DNA from: Pseudomonadota bacterium
GTDB lineage: Bacteria; Pseudomonadota; Alphaproteobacteria; Rhizobiales; Tepidamorphaceae
Assembly: GCA_023458595.1 (NCBI GenBank)
Contig: JAEWYT010000121.1
Coordinates: forward strand, 2,983 to 66,982
Direction: 5' to 3'
DNA: 64,000 bases
The notes under the pieces were generated by a model. The model ran no database searches. It saw only the letters and a program-made list of their open reading frames with translations, and was not told the DNA's origin. Below, in pieces: positions 1 through 8,281 of this stretch. The translations under genes and the position numbers were made by a program. The first letter of the stretch is position 1. Every line of letters begins with the position of its first letter.

Positions 1-1
1 G

Positions 2-1180
2 CTCGGAGGCGTCACGGCGGCGCTCGGCGTGCTCTACGCGCTGATGCAGAACGACATCAAGCGCCTGCTCGCCTACAGCACGGTGGAGAACATCGGCATC
101 GTCTTCATCGGTCTCGGCCTCTCGCTCGCCTTCCAGGCCAACGGGATGGGCTGGGCCGCGGCCCTCGCCCTGACGGCCGCCCTGTTCCACGTCTTCAACC
201 ACTCGCTGTTCAAGAGCCTCCTCTTCTTCGGTGCCGGCGCGGTGCTGACGGCGACGGGCGAGCGCGACATGGACCGTCTCGGCGGCCTCATCCACCGTAT
301 GCCCTATACGAGTTTCGCCTTCCTTGTCGGCTGCGTCGCGATATCGGCTTTGCCACCGCTCAACGGCTTCGTCTCGGAATGGCTGACGTTCCAGGCAATA
401 CTCCAGAGCCCGCAGCTGCCGCAGTGGGGCCTCAAGATTCTGGTGCCGGCGGTGGGCGCGCTGCTCGCCCTCGCCGCCGCGCTAGCCGCGGCATGCTTCG
501 TCAGGGCCTTCGGCACGACATTCCTGGGGCGGCCGCGCTCGACGCTGGCGGAGAAAGCCGTCGAGGTCGACGCCTATTCGCTCACCGCCATGTTCGCCCT
601 CGGAGGGCTCTGTCTTGCAGCCGGTGTCGTGCCGGGTTTTGTCATGGATGCGCTCGCCCCGGTCACGACCGCGCTGCTTGGTGACCGCGTGCCGGGCCAG
701 GTAGGCGTCCCCTGGCTCTCCATTGTCCCGATCACCGAGAGCCGCAGCTCCTACAACGGCGTGCTGGTCTTCCTCTTCATCGCGGTGTCCGCCTCGCTTG
801 CCGCCATGGCGATCCACCGCTTCGCTTCCCGCGCGACGCGACGCGCGCCCGCATGGGACTGCGGCTTCCCGGATCCGAGCCCGGCGACGCAGTACACCGC
901 AGGTAGCTTCGCCCAGCCGATCCGCCGCGTCTTCGGCACGCTCGTGTTCCAGGCCCGCGAGCATGTCGACATGCCGCCGCCCGGTGATCCGGGGCCCGCT
1001 CGCTTCCGCGTCGACCTGAGGGATCCGGTCTGGGATATCCTTTACGCCCCGGTCGAGATTGCCGTGAACGCGGCGTCGGGCCGCCTGAACCACCTGCAAT
1101 TCCTGACCATCCGCCGGTATCTCAGTCTCGTCTTCTTCTCCCTCGTCGTCCTGCTGCTGGCGCTCGCCCTATGGCCATGA
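2..1180 (+). CDS. NuoL/HyfB/HycC-type antiporter-like membrane subunit of a group-4 hydrogenase-like complex; C-terminal part, 5' end lies outside the window
   Basis: The frame is open to the window edge (LGGVTAALGVLYALMQNDIKRLLAYSTVENIG...). Family-typical motifs are AYSTVENIG and FHVFNHSLFKSLLFFGAG, and the protein is polytopic and hydrophobic. Its stop overlaps the next start (ATGGCCATGA). Confidence 0.85.
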   Translation, partial: LGGVTAALGVLYALMQNDIKRLLAYSTVENIGIVFIGLGLSLAFQANGMGWAAALALTAALFHVFNHSLFKSLLFFGAGAVLTATGERDMDRLGGLIHRMPYTSFAFLVGCVAISALPPLNGFVSEWLTFQAILQSPQLPQWGLKILVPAVGALLALAAALAAACFVRAFGTTFLGRPRSTLAEKAVEVDAYSLTAMFALGGLCLAAGVVPGFVMDALAPVTTALLGDRVPGQVGVPWLSIVPITESRSSYNGVLVFLFIAVSASLAAMAIHRFASRATRRAPAWDCGFPDPSPATQYTAGSFAQPIRRVFGTLVFQAREHVDMPPPGDPGPARFRVDLRDPVWDILYAPVEIAVNAASGRLNHLQFLTIRRYLSLVFFSLVVLLLALALWP

Positions 1181-2127
1181 TCGTCGACCTCCTGGTCCAG
1201 GGCGGGCAGATGGCCCTGGTGCTTCTGCTGGCGCCGCTGCTGACGGGCTTCGTGCGCAAGGTGAAGGCGCGGCTGCTGCGCCGGCGCGGCGCCTCCGTCT
1301 TCCAGCCCTACCGCGATCTCGCCCGGCTGCTGCGCAAGGACGTCGTGCTTGCCGAGAACGCCTCGTGGCTGTTTCGCGCGACGCCCTATCTGGTCTTCGC
1401 CGCGACCTGGGTTGCCGCTGCGCTGGTGCCGACCTTCGCACCGGGCCTCATGTTCAGCTGGAGCGCCGATCTGATTGCCCTGATCGCGCTGCTCGCGAGC
1501 GCGCGCTTCTTCCTCGCGCTCGCCGGCATGGACGTCGGCACGAGCTTCGGCGGCATCGGCTCGAGCCGCGAGGTGATGATCGCCTCGCTCGCCGAGCCGG
1601 CGATGTTGCTGATCGTCTTCACGCTGGCGCTGATCGCGGGCTCGACGCAGCTCTCCACGGTGGCCGCCTACATGGCGTCTCCCGATGTGGGGCTCAGGGT
1701 TTCGCTCGGTCTTGCGTTGATCGGCCTCATCATCGTCGCCGTCGCCGAGAACGCCCGCATTCCGGTCGACAACCCGGCGACGCATCTCGAACTCACCATG
1801 GTGCATGAGGCAATGGTGCTCGAATATTCCGGGCGGCACCTGGCGATGATCGAGTTCGCCGCGTTTCTGAAGCTCCTTCTCTACGTCTCGCTGATCGCCT
1901 GCATCTTCATGCCCTGGGGTCTCGCCGCGTCGGGGTCCGGGGCCGCGGGCTATGCGATCGCGATCGGCGCCTACGTCGCCAAGCTCGCCGTTGCAGGCTT
2001 CCTGCTCGCGGTGTTCGAGACGGCAATCGCCAAGATGCGCGTGTTCCGCGTGCCGGATTTCCTGGGTGCAGCCCTGATGCTCGGCTTCCTGGGCACCTTG
2101 CTCCTGTTCGTTTCGAAGAGTCTCTAG
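1171..2127 (+). CDS. NuoH/HycD/HyfC-type membrane subunit
   Basis: 318-aa polytopic ORF with a NuoH/HycD-like core (ENARIPVDNPATHLELTMVHEAMVLEYSG). Its start overlaps the upstream stop. Confidence 0.85.
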   Translation: MAMIVDLLVQGGQMALVLLLAPLLTGFVRKVKARLLRRRGASVFQPYRDLARLLRKDVVLAENASWLFRATPYLVFAATWVAAALVPTFAPGLMFSWSADLIALIALLASARFFLALAGMDVGTSFGGIGSSREVMIASLAEPAMLLIVFTLALIAGSTQLSTVAAYMASPDVGLRVSLGLALIGLIIVAVAENARIPVDNPATHLELTMVHEAMVLEYSGRHLAMIEFAAFLKLLLYVSLIACIFMPWGLAASGSGAAGYAIAIGAYVAKLAVAGFLLAVFETAIAKMRVFRVPDFLGAALMLGFLGTLLLFVSKSL

Positions 2128-2790
2128 ATGGGCAGCCTCACCTTCGATATCGCGCATCTTCTGGCCGGCGGTCTCGTGCTGGTGAGCTTCATGCTGCTCT
2201 ACCAGGACCGGCTCTACGCCCTCCTCAACACCTACGCGCTGCACGCCTTCGTCCTGGCGCTCTCGGTTGCCTGGCAGGCCTACGTCCAGGACGCCCCGCA
2301 CCTCTACGTGACGGCGGCGATCGCGCTCGTCTTCAAGGCGATCGTCATCCCGATGGCGCTGCATCGGATCATCCAGCGGCTCGGTATCCACCGCGAGATC
2401 GAAACGGTGGTCGGGATCGGCCCGACCATGATCGCCGGGATGGGGCTCGTCGCGCTGTCGATGGTGGTGATGCTGAGGGTGACGGCGGAGGCCGATCCTC
2501 TGGCTCGCGAGGACCTGGCCTTCGCGCTCTCCGTCGTGCTGCTCGGCCTTTTGATGATGGTGACCCGCCGCAATGCGGTCAGTCAGGTGGTCGGCTTCAT
2601 GTCGCTGGAGAACGGCCTGATCCTCGCCGCGACCGGGGCAAAGGGCATGCCGCTCGTCGTCGAGATCAGCGTCGCCTTCTCGGTCCTGATCGCCTTCATC
2701 GTCATTGGGATATTCCTGTTCCGCATCCGCGAGCGCTTCGACACGGTCGACATCCAGGCGCTCGACCGTTTCCGGGGAGAGCGGCGATGA
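2128..2790 (+). CDS. HyfE-like small membrane subunit (NuoK-related)
   Basis: 220-aa hydrophobic ORF that starts on the base after the upstream TAG. It carries GFMSLENGLILAA-type helices and sits between the NuoH-like and NuoN-like genes, as in hyf operons. Confidence 0.7.
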   Translation: MGSLTFDIAHLLAGGLVLVSFMLLYQDRLYALLNTYALHAFVLALSVAWQAYVQDAPHLYVTAAIALVFKAIVIPMALHRIIQRLGIHREIETVVGIGPTMIAGMGLVALSMVVMLRVTAEADPLAREDLAFALSVVLLGLLMMVTRRNAVSQVVGFMSLENGLILAATGAKGMPLVVEISVAFSVLIAFIVIGIFLFRIRERFDTVDIQALDRFRGERR

Positions 2791-4238
2791 CCTCGCTTCC
2801 CTTCGATTCGGTCGCCGCCGTCCTGGTGATCCCGCTGGCCGCCGCCGCGCTGGTCGCCGCGCTGCCGAACTACCGTGTCACCGCCCGCCTCAACGTGCTC
2901 GCTTCGTTCCTGACCTTTCTTGCCGCCGTGTCGCTGCTGTTCACCGACTGGGCGCCGGCGGGTGAATATCTGTTCATCGACGACCTCAACATCGTCTTCA
3001 TCGTGCTCAACACTTTCGTCGGCTTTACGACGAGCGTGTTCAGCGCGAGCTACATCGCCCACGAGATCGAGACGGGCCGGCTGACCCAGAACCATCTGCG
3101 CTTCTACCACGCGATGTACCAGGTGCTGATGTTCGGCATGAACCTGGCGCTGGTCGCCGACAACATCGGCCTGATGTGGGTTGCGATCGAGCTCGCCACC
3201 CTGACGACCGTGCTCATGGTCGGCATCTACCGTACCCACGAGGCGCTGGAGGCGGCGTGGAAGTACTTCATCCTCGGCAGTGTCGGCATCGCGCTCGCAC
3301 TGTTCGGCACGATCCTCGTCTACATGGCCGCCCGTCCAGTGGTCGGCGAGGGGATCGATGCGATGGTCTGGACCGTCCTGATCGCGCATGCGTCCAGGTT
3401 CGACGCGGCGCTGCTGAATGTCGCGTTCGCCTTCCTGCTCCTCGGCTACGGCACCAAGGTGGGCCTCGCGCCGCTGCACGCCTGGCTGCCCGACGCCCAT
3501 GCCGAGGGCCCGACACCGATCTCGGCGGTCCTGTCCGGCCTTTTGCTGAACGTTGCGCTCTACGCCGTGTTGCGCTTCAAGCTGCTGCTTGCGGCCAATC
3601 CCGCGGCGATCGCGCCGGGACCCCTGATGGTCACGATGGGCCTCACGTCGCTGATCTTCGCCGCTTTCATGCTCTATCGGCGCCGCGACATAAAGCGCAT
3701 GTTCGCCTATTCCTCGATCGAGCACATGGGAATCATCGCCTTCGCCTTCGGCATGGGCGGGCCGCTCGCCAACTTCGCCGGGCTCCTGCACATGACGATG
3801 CACAGCCTGACCAAGTCGGCGATCTTCTTCGCCGTCGGCCACATCGCGCAGGTCAAAGGAACGCAGAAGATCGCCGATATCCGCGGACTGACGGTCAGCC
3901 ACCCTTGGCTCGGCTGGTCGCTCGTCGTCGGCGTCGTCGCGATCGCCGGCCTGCCGCCGCTCGGCATCTTCATGAGCGAGTTCCTGGTCGTCAGCTCGAC
4001 CTTCGCCCGCGAGCCGTTGCTGGCCGTGCCGCTGGTCTTCGGCCTTTTGATCGCCTTCGGGGCGCTGCTCCTGCGGGTCAGCGGCATGGCGTTCGGCGAG
4101 CCTGCCGGCAGCACGGCGCCGGTGCAGGCGTCCTACGTTCCGATGTTCGCGCATCTCGGCCTCGTCCTTGCCGCCGGCATATATCTGCCGCCGCCGCTGG
4201 TCGCCTGGTTCCAGCAAGTCGCCGCCGCGCTCGGGTGA
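2787..4238 (+). CDS. NuoN/NuoM/HyfF-type antiporter-like membrane subunit
   Basis: 483 aa with motifs WLPDAHAEGPTPISAVLSGLLLN and AYSSIEHMG. ATGA overlap with the upstream gene. Confidence 0.85.
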   Translation: MTSLPFDSVAAVLVIPLAAAALVAALPNYRVTARLNVLASFLTFLAAVSLLFTDWAPAGEYLFIDDLNIVFIVLNTFVGFTTSVFSASYIAHEIETGRLTQNHLRFYHAMYQVLMFGMNLALVADNIGLMWVAIELATLTTVLMVGIYRTHEALEAAWKYFILGSVGIALALFGTILVYMAARPVVGEGIDAMVWTVLIAHASRFDAALLNVAFAFLLLGYGTKVGLAPLHAWLPDAHAEGPTPISAVLSGLLLNVALYAVLRFKLLLAANPAAIAPGPLMVTMGLTSLIFAAFMLYRRRDIKRMFAYSSIEHMGIIAFAFGMGGPLANFAGLLHMTMHSLTKSAIFFAVGHIAQVKGTQKIADIRGLTVSHPWLGWSLVVGVVAIAGLPPLGIFMSEFLVVSSTFAREPLLAVPLVFGLLIAFGALLLRVSGMAFGEPAGSTAPVQASYVPMFAHLGLVLAAGIYLPPPLVAWFQQVAAALG

Positions 4239-4249
4239 GGTCGGAAGCC

Positions 4250-5749
4250 ATGACAACGCTTCAAGATCTGATCGGGAAGGGGGTGCGCGCACCGGACCAC
4301 CGGCCCTGGCTGCGCGCAAGCGTAGACATGGCGACATGGGGCGCTATCTCGGACCGTCTCGCTGCCGGCGAGGGGACCCTGCTCGGGCTTTGGGGCGAGG
4401 CGGACGCCGTTCATATGGCGCTGCTTGCCGGCGAGGACGGGGCAGTGGTCAGCCTCGGCTGTCCCGACGGGCATTTTCCTTCGGTAGCCGCCAAACATCC
4501 CCCGGCGATGCGTCTCGAACGCGCGATCCGCGACCTCTTCGGACTGACGCCCGACGGCCTGCCCGACGCGCGACCCTGGCTCGATCACGGCCGTTGGGGC
4601 GTGAAGGCCCCGCTCGGAGCGAATCCCGAAAACACCGACGGCGACACCGGCTACACGTTCCTCCCGGTCGAGGGCGAGAGCCTGCACCAGATCCCCGTCG
4701 GCCCCGTCCATGCGGGCATCATCGAGCCCGGCCACTTCCGCTTCACGGCCAACGGCGAGACCGTCGTGCGCCTGGAGCAGCGGCTCGGCTACGCGCACAA
4801 GGGTATCGAGGGCCTGATGGCCGGGGCAGATCTCGATCGCGCCGCCAGGCTCGCCGGACGCACGTCCGGGGACAGCGCCGTCGCCTACGGGGTAGCCTTC
4901 GCCCGCGCCGCCGAGGCCGCGCTCGACGTCGATGCTCCACCACGGGCGCAATGGATCCGCGCGCTGATGGCGGAGATGGAGCGGCTCGCCAATCATCTCG
5001 GCGATATCGGCGCGATCTGCAACGACGCCGCGTTCGCCCTGATGCTTGCGCACTGCGCTGTCCTGCGCGAGCGGGTCCTGCGCGTCGCCGGCACCTGCTT
5101 CGGGCATCGGCTGATGCGCGACCGGGTGGTGCCGGGCGGCGTTACCGTGGATCTCGACGCGAACGGCGTGGTCGCGGTTCGCGACCTCGTCGCCGAGATT
5201 CGCCGCCTCTTCCCGCCGCTGGTGCACCTCTACGACAACACCGCCTCGCTCCTCGACCGGACGGTCACGACCGGTATCCTGCGGGCCGACCTCGCCGGCC
5301 AATACGGCGCTGGCGGCTATGTCGGCCGCGCCTCCGGCCGTGGCTTCGACGCCCGGCGGCTCGGCTATCCGCCCTATGACCGGCTCGACTTCGACGTGCC
5401 CGTGTTGGCGGAGGGCGACGTCAATGCGCGCGTCTGGATCCGCATCCGGGAAGTGGAGCAGAGCCTCTCGCTGATCGAGCAGATCCTGGATCGGATGCCC
5501 GATGGCCCGATCCGCGCCGATCCTCCGCGCAGGGCAGGGGAGGGCGTGGCGCTCGTGGAGGGCTTTCGCGGCGACATCCTCGCCTGGCTGCGCCTCGGCG
5601 CGGAGGGAACGGTCATGCGCTGCCACCTGCGCGATCCGTCCTGGTTCCAGTGGCCGCTGCTCCAAGCCGTCATAGAGGGCAACATCGTCGCCGACTTCCC
5701 GATCTGCAACAAATCCTTCAACTGCTCCTATTCCGGGCACGACCTGTAG
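4250..5749 (+). CDS. Fused NuoC-NuoD / HycE-HyfG-type large subunit homologue lacking canonical [NiFe] cysteine ligands (Ehr-like)
   Basis: I take the ATG at 4250 (MTTLQDLIGKG) as the start, 12 nt after the upstream stop. The conserved core is PVGPVHAGIIEPGHFRF. The N-terminal ligand position reads RTSGDSAVAY (4859-4888) and the C-terminus reads ADFPICNKSFNCSYSGHDL-stop. Confidence 0.8.
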   Translation: MTTLQDLIGKGVRAPDHRPWLRASVDMATWGAISDRLAAGEGTLLGLWGEADAVHMALLAGEDGAVVSLGCPDGHFPSVAAKHPPAMRLERAIRDLFGLTPDGLPDARPWLDHGRWGVKAPLGANPENTDGDTGYTFLPVEGESLHQIPVGPVHAGIIEPGHFRFTANGETVVRLEQRLGYAHKGIEGLMAGADLDRAARLAGRTSGDSAVAYGVAFARAAEAALDVDAPPRAQWIRALMAEMERLANHLGDIGAICNDAAFALMLAHCAVLRERVLRVAGTCFGHRLMRDRVVPGGVTVDLDANGVVAVRDLVAEIRRLFPPLVHLYDNTASLLDRTVTTGILRADLAGQYGAGGYVGRASGRGFDARRLGYPPYDRLDFDVPVLAEGDVNARVWIRIREVEQSLSLIEQILDRMPDGPIRADPPRRAGEGVALVEGFRGDILAWLRLGAEGTVMRCHLRDPSWFQWPLLQAVIEGNIVADFPICNKSFNCSYSGHDL

Positions 5750-5757
5750 AGGCGGCG

Positions 5758-6282
5758 ATGCGCGATCTCCTGTTCCGGAACATCTTTCGCAGGCCCCTCA
5801 CCGAGCGTGCGCCGGAGGTCGAGGACGCGGCGATCGACGAACTCGCGGCGAGCGTCGGCCGCGCCGCGCGCAAGCGCCTCGGGCGCAGCCTCTCGATCCG
5901 CGAGGTCGACGCCGGCTCCTGCAACGGCTGCGAACTGGAAATCCACGCCCTCAACAACGCCTTCTACGATGTGGAGCGTTTCGGCATCCGCTTCGTCGCT
6001 TCGCCCCGCCACGCTGACGTACTGCTGGTGACCGGACCGGTGACGAAGAACATGCGCGAGGCGCTGGAGCGGACCTACAACGCCACGCCGGATCCGAAAT
6101 GGGTGGTCGCGGTCGGCGACTGCGCCTTCGACGGCGGCTGTTTTTCGACAAGCTATGCGGTCGTCGGAGGCGTCTCGCAGGTCGTTCCCGTCGATCTCCA
6201 CATCCGGGGCTGCCCACCGAACCCGACCCAGATACTTCGAGGTCTGCTCGCGCTCCTGGACTCGTCTTCGTCTGGTCGATAG
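5758..6282 (+). CDS. NuoB/HycG-type small subunit with a [4Fe-4S] cluster
   Basis: 174 aa. The cluster cysteines are retained (DAGSCNGCELE, VGDCAFDGG, GCPPNP). Starts 9 nt after the large-subunit stop. Confidence 0.85.
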   Translation: MRDLLFRNIFRRPLTERAPEVEDAAIDELAASVGRAARKRLGRSLSIREVDAGSCNGCELEIHALNNAFYDVERFGIRFVASPRHADVLLVTGPVTKNMREALERTYNATPDPKWVVAVGDCAFDGGCFSTSYAVVGGVSQVVPVDLHIRGCPPNPTQILRGLLALLDSSSSGR

Positions 6283-6367
6283 TCCGTATCGATCCCGAAA
6301 GTCGAAAGGCGCACCGCTACGTAGCCCCCTTGGGAGGCCGTGAATTGCGTTCTGACCAGGTGTCGCG

Positions 6368-6607
6368 TCAGTTCTTCAGGGTGTATTGAAACGGAAAGCG
6401 CGCGGCTCGAGCGCAGTCATGCGTGCAAATGCCCCGAAAAGCAATCACAATTTCGTTGTCTTTGACGTATGTCGTTGCGGCAAAGTTCGAGTCTGTTGCT
6501 GAAAAACCATCCGGATCGTCTTGGACAGCCCACCCTGCGGGATAAGGCGGCGTGTCGCTATAGGCATCCAGCGCCAATAGAGCGTATTCGAGATTACTTG
6601 TCGTCAT
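6368..6607 (-). pseudogene. Truncated N-terminal remnant of a class-3 (fungal-type) lipase family gene
   Basis: The 79-aa ORF begins like Lipase_3 proteins (LEYALLALDAYSD...GFSATDSNFAATTYVKDNEIVIAFRG). It stops making sense right after the IVIAFRG motif, near nt 6430, and it lacks the GxSxG nucleophile region. Confidence 0.5.
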
Positions 6608-6643
6608 TCGACCGTCACCTTCAGATCTATTTTATCAATAGTA

Positions 6644-7744
6644 TCATCTGCAGATCGCATCTTTACTATACAGATCGTCCCCTATCACTCTTATTACTTT
6701 TGAATACGGGTCAAAAAAGGCTACATTTGGCGGACGTAATTTCTTTCCGATAACGACAAGTGTAAAATCGGCAAAAGATGTCCCATGCTTTAAAGAATCT
6801 ATTTTATGAAATTCGTAGTACCCAATATTTAATTTGTTATATTTTTCTATAACCAGTTGATCTGCAGTAATATTTACAATAATATTTTGCAACGGGTATC
6901 TATATATATTTATTGTTTCTGGCCATTTTATTGTTTCTATACGATTTATACGCCTAAGGTACTCCAATTCTTCTTTTTCATACCACACCTCTTCATCAAC
7001 AACATACGTGAAATACCCAACCCAGGTAGCCGGACTTGGCTTGCAGACGACTTTATCGGGGGGCCTTCGCCCTTCCAGCCATGGCACCTCGCGGTCGGGA
7101 TTTTCAGGCCCAGTTGATGGAGCGTGCCGCAATCGCCTGTAGCGGATATTGTGAATTCGAAGGTCCGTATCCCGACGCGTGGCGTATTCGCGCCAGTAAG
7201 CCGCTATTAGCGACGGGTCTTCCGCATCGTCCAGACGCAAAACCTTCGGCGAGTCGGTAGGGCCTTGGAATTCCAGGTAATTCTGTAGATCGACAGTCCG
7301 GATATCGTAGGGGTCGGAAATGTCTTCCTTGACGGTGATTCTGGGCAATTCCGATAAACGTGGCTCGGAGCACAGAGCCGGCCCGACAATGATCAGACCG
7401 GCGCCCGAGGGAAGCCGTTTGGCCATGAGGCCGCCGGTTATCACGGTCGGCGTGTCGCCGGCGACGAGCCCTCCGAATCGCGCCTTGGCGCGGAGTGTGC
7501 ATTTGGCAATACTGCTGAGCTGATAACGCTGGCCTTCCGCTGTCACGTCGGCAAACACTTCGGTGTAGTAGACCGTGGGCCACAGATAGCTGAGCACCAT
7601 CGGAATGATTCCGGTGACGAGGAGAAAAAACAAAACGACCAGACCGGCGAGCGACAGCAGAACGATCCGAATGGCCCGCCCCCAGTTCGAGCCATCCTTT
7701 CTTGATTGGCTGTCGCCCTCAGATGCTTTGTTACCGACGCTCAC
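6644..7744 (-). CDS. Hypothetical membrane-anchored protein with no recognisable family
   Basis: 366-aa ORF, the only long ORF in the AT-rich island. It has one N-terminal TM helix (IRIVLLSLAGLVVLFFLLVTGIIPMVL) followed by a Tyr/Ile/Lys/Asn-rich C-terminal domain. GC falls strongly from the 5' end to the 3' end of the gene. Confidence 0.6.
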   Translation of the reverse strand: MSVGNKASEGDSQSRKDGSNWGRAIRIVLLSLAGLVVLFFLLVTGIIPMVLSYLWPTVYYTEVFADVTAEGQRYQLSSIAKCTLRAKARFGGLVAGDTPTVITGGLMAKRLPSGAGLIIVGPALCSEPRLSELPRITVKEDISDPYDIRTVDLQNYLEFQGPTDSPKVLRLDDAEDPSLIAAYWREYATRRDTDLRIHNIRYRRLRHAPSTGPENPDREVPWLEGRRPPDKVVCKPSPATWVGYFTYVVDEEVWYEKEELEYLRRINRIETIKWPETINIYRYPLQNIIVNITADQLVIEKYNKLNIGYYEFHKIDSLKHGTSFADFTLVVIGKKLRPPNVAFFDPYSKVIRVIGDDLYSKDAICR

Positions 7745-8281
7745 GCTGTATCCCTATCATGCTCCAGCGGCACTTCTGTTGACACGAGCGATCAAGCACT
7801 GCTTTGAGGCGTACCGACCCGCCGGCAAGATTTTCAGTGTGAGAATCGCTCTCGTCCACCGAGCCTCCCCCAACGCGAACCGCCATGCTCAAACGTAATC
7901 AAGGGAGCTTGCACCACGCGCGATGCGTGCACAACCATAAATTGCTAACAACGTGTAAGTTGCAGCTCGATGGGGTAAGCAGCCGATACGCTTCGGAATC
8001 ATCGGCCTAGCTTGCGATAGATGCGACGCAGGTCTCGGTCCGGGATCGGTACAGAATCGAGAGCCCTGTCCGCCAGCCGCGCCGACGCGTCGCCTTGGCT
8101 TGCGAAGAGACTGGCTGACGACGGAAGGGCGGGCTGCGCGTCGGGCATGGGTCTATGCAGAAAAATTGCGGACACACCCGTCTTCACTTTGACGGCGCTT
8201 CGAACTAGATAACTTGATCGAATTGATAGAGAATTGTCGTGCGCTGGTTCGGATGCCGACAATCCCGCTAAATCGGGTTAC

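Larger units (their letters stand above)
6290..8000. other. AT-rich compositional island (probable horizontally acquired insert) between the hyf-like operon and the Rrf2/sulfate locus
   Basis: There is a visible drop in GC relative to the flanks, most extreme at 6600-7020 (runs such as ttttatcaatagtatcatctgcag and tatatatatttattgtttct). It contains only an orphan gene and a truncated gene remnant. No integrase, tRNA or terminal repeats were seen. Confidence 0.6.

Noticed and set aside
3176-4249. Upstream in-frame extension of the large-subunit ORF (the track ORF starts at 3176)
   Set aside because: The extension overlaps the HyfF-like gene in another frame and translates to Arg/Pro-rich nonsense. 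The ATG at 4250, right after the hyfF-like stop, gives a sensible N-terminus.
2583-4337. 584-aa antisense ORF, plus similar ones at 1042-2391, 4133-5740, 9577-11316, 25670-27841, 48131-50155, 53046-55262 and 56217-58457, and same-region alternative-frame ORFs such as 30131-31969 and 33172-35364
   Set aside because: All overlap confidently assigned genes and have biased Arg/Pro/Gly/Asp composition with no recognisable domains. I treat them as non-coding frames.
7999-8262. 87-aa minus-strand ORF in the spacer before the Rrf2 gene. Its C-terminus (RDLRRIYRKLGR) faintly recalls a LuxR-type HTH helix.
   Set aside because: It is too short and degenerate to support, has no RBS, and overlaps the likely Rrf2 promoter region. 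At most it is a decayed remnant.
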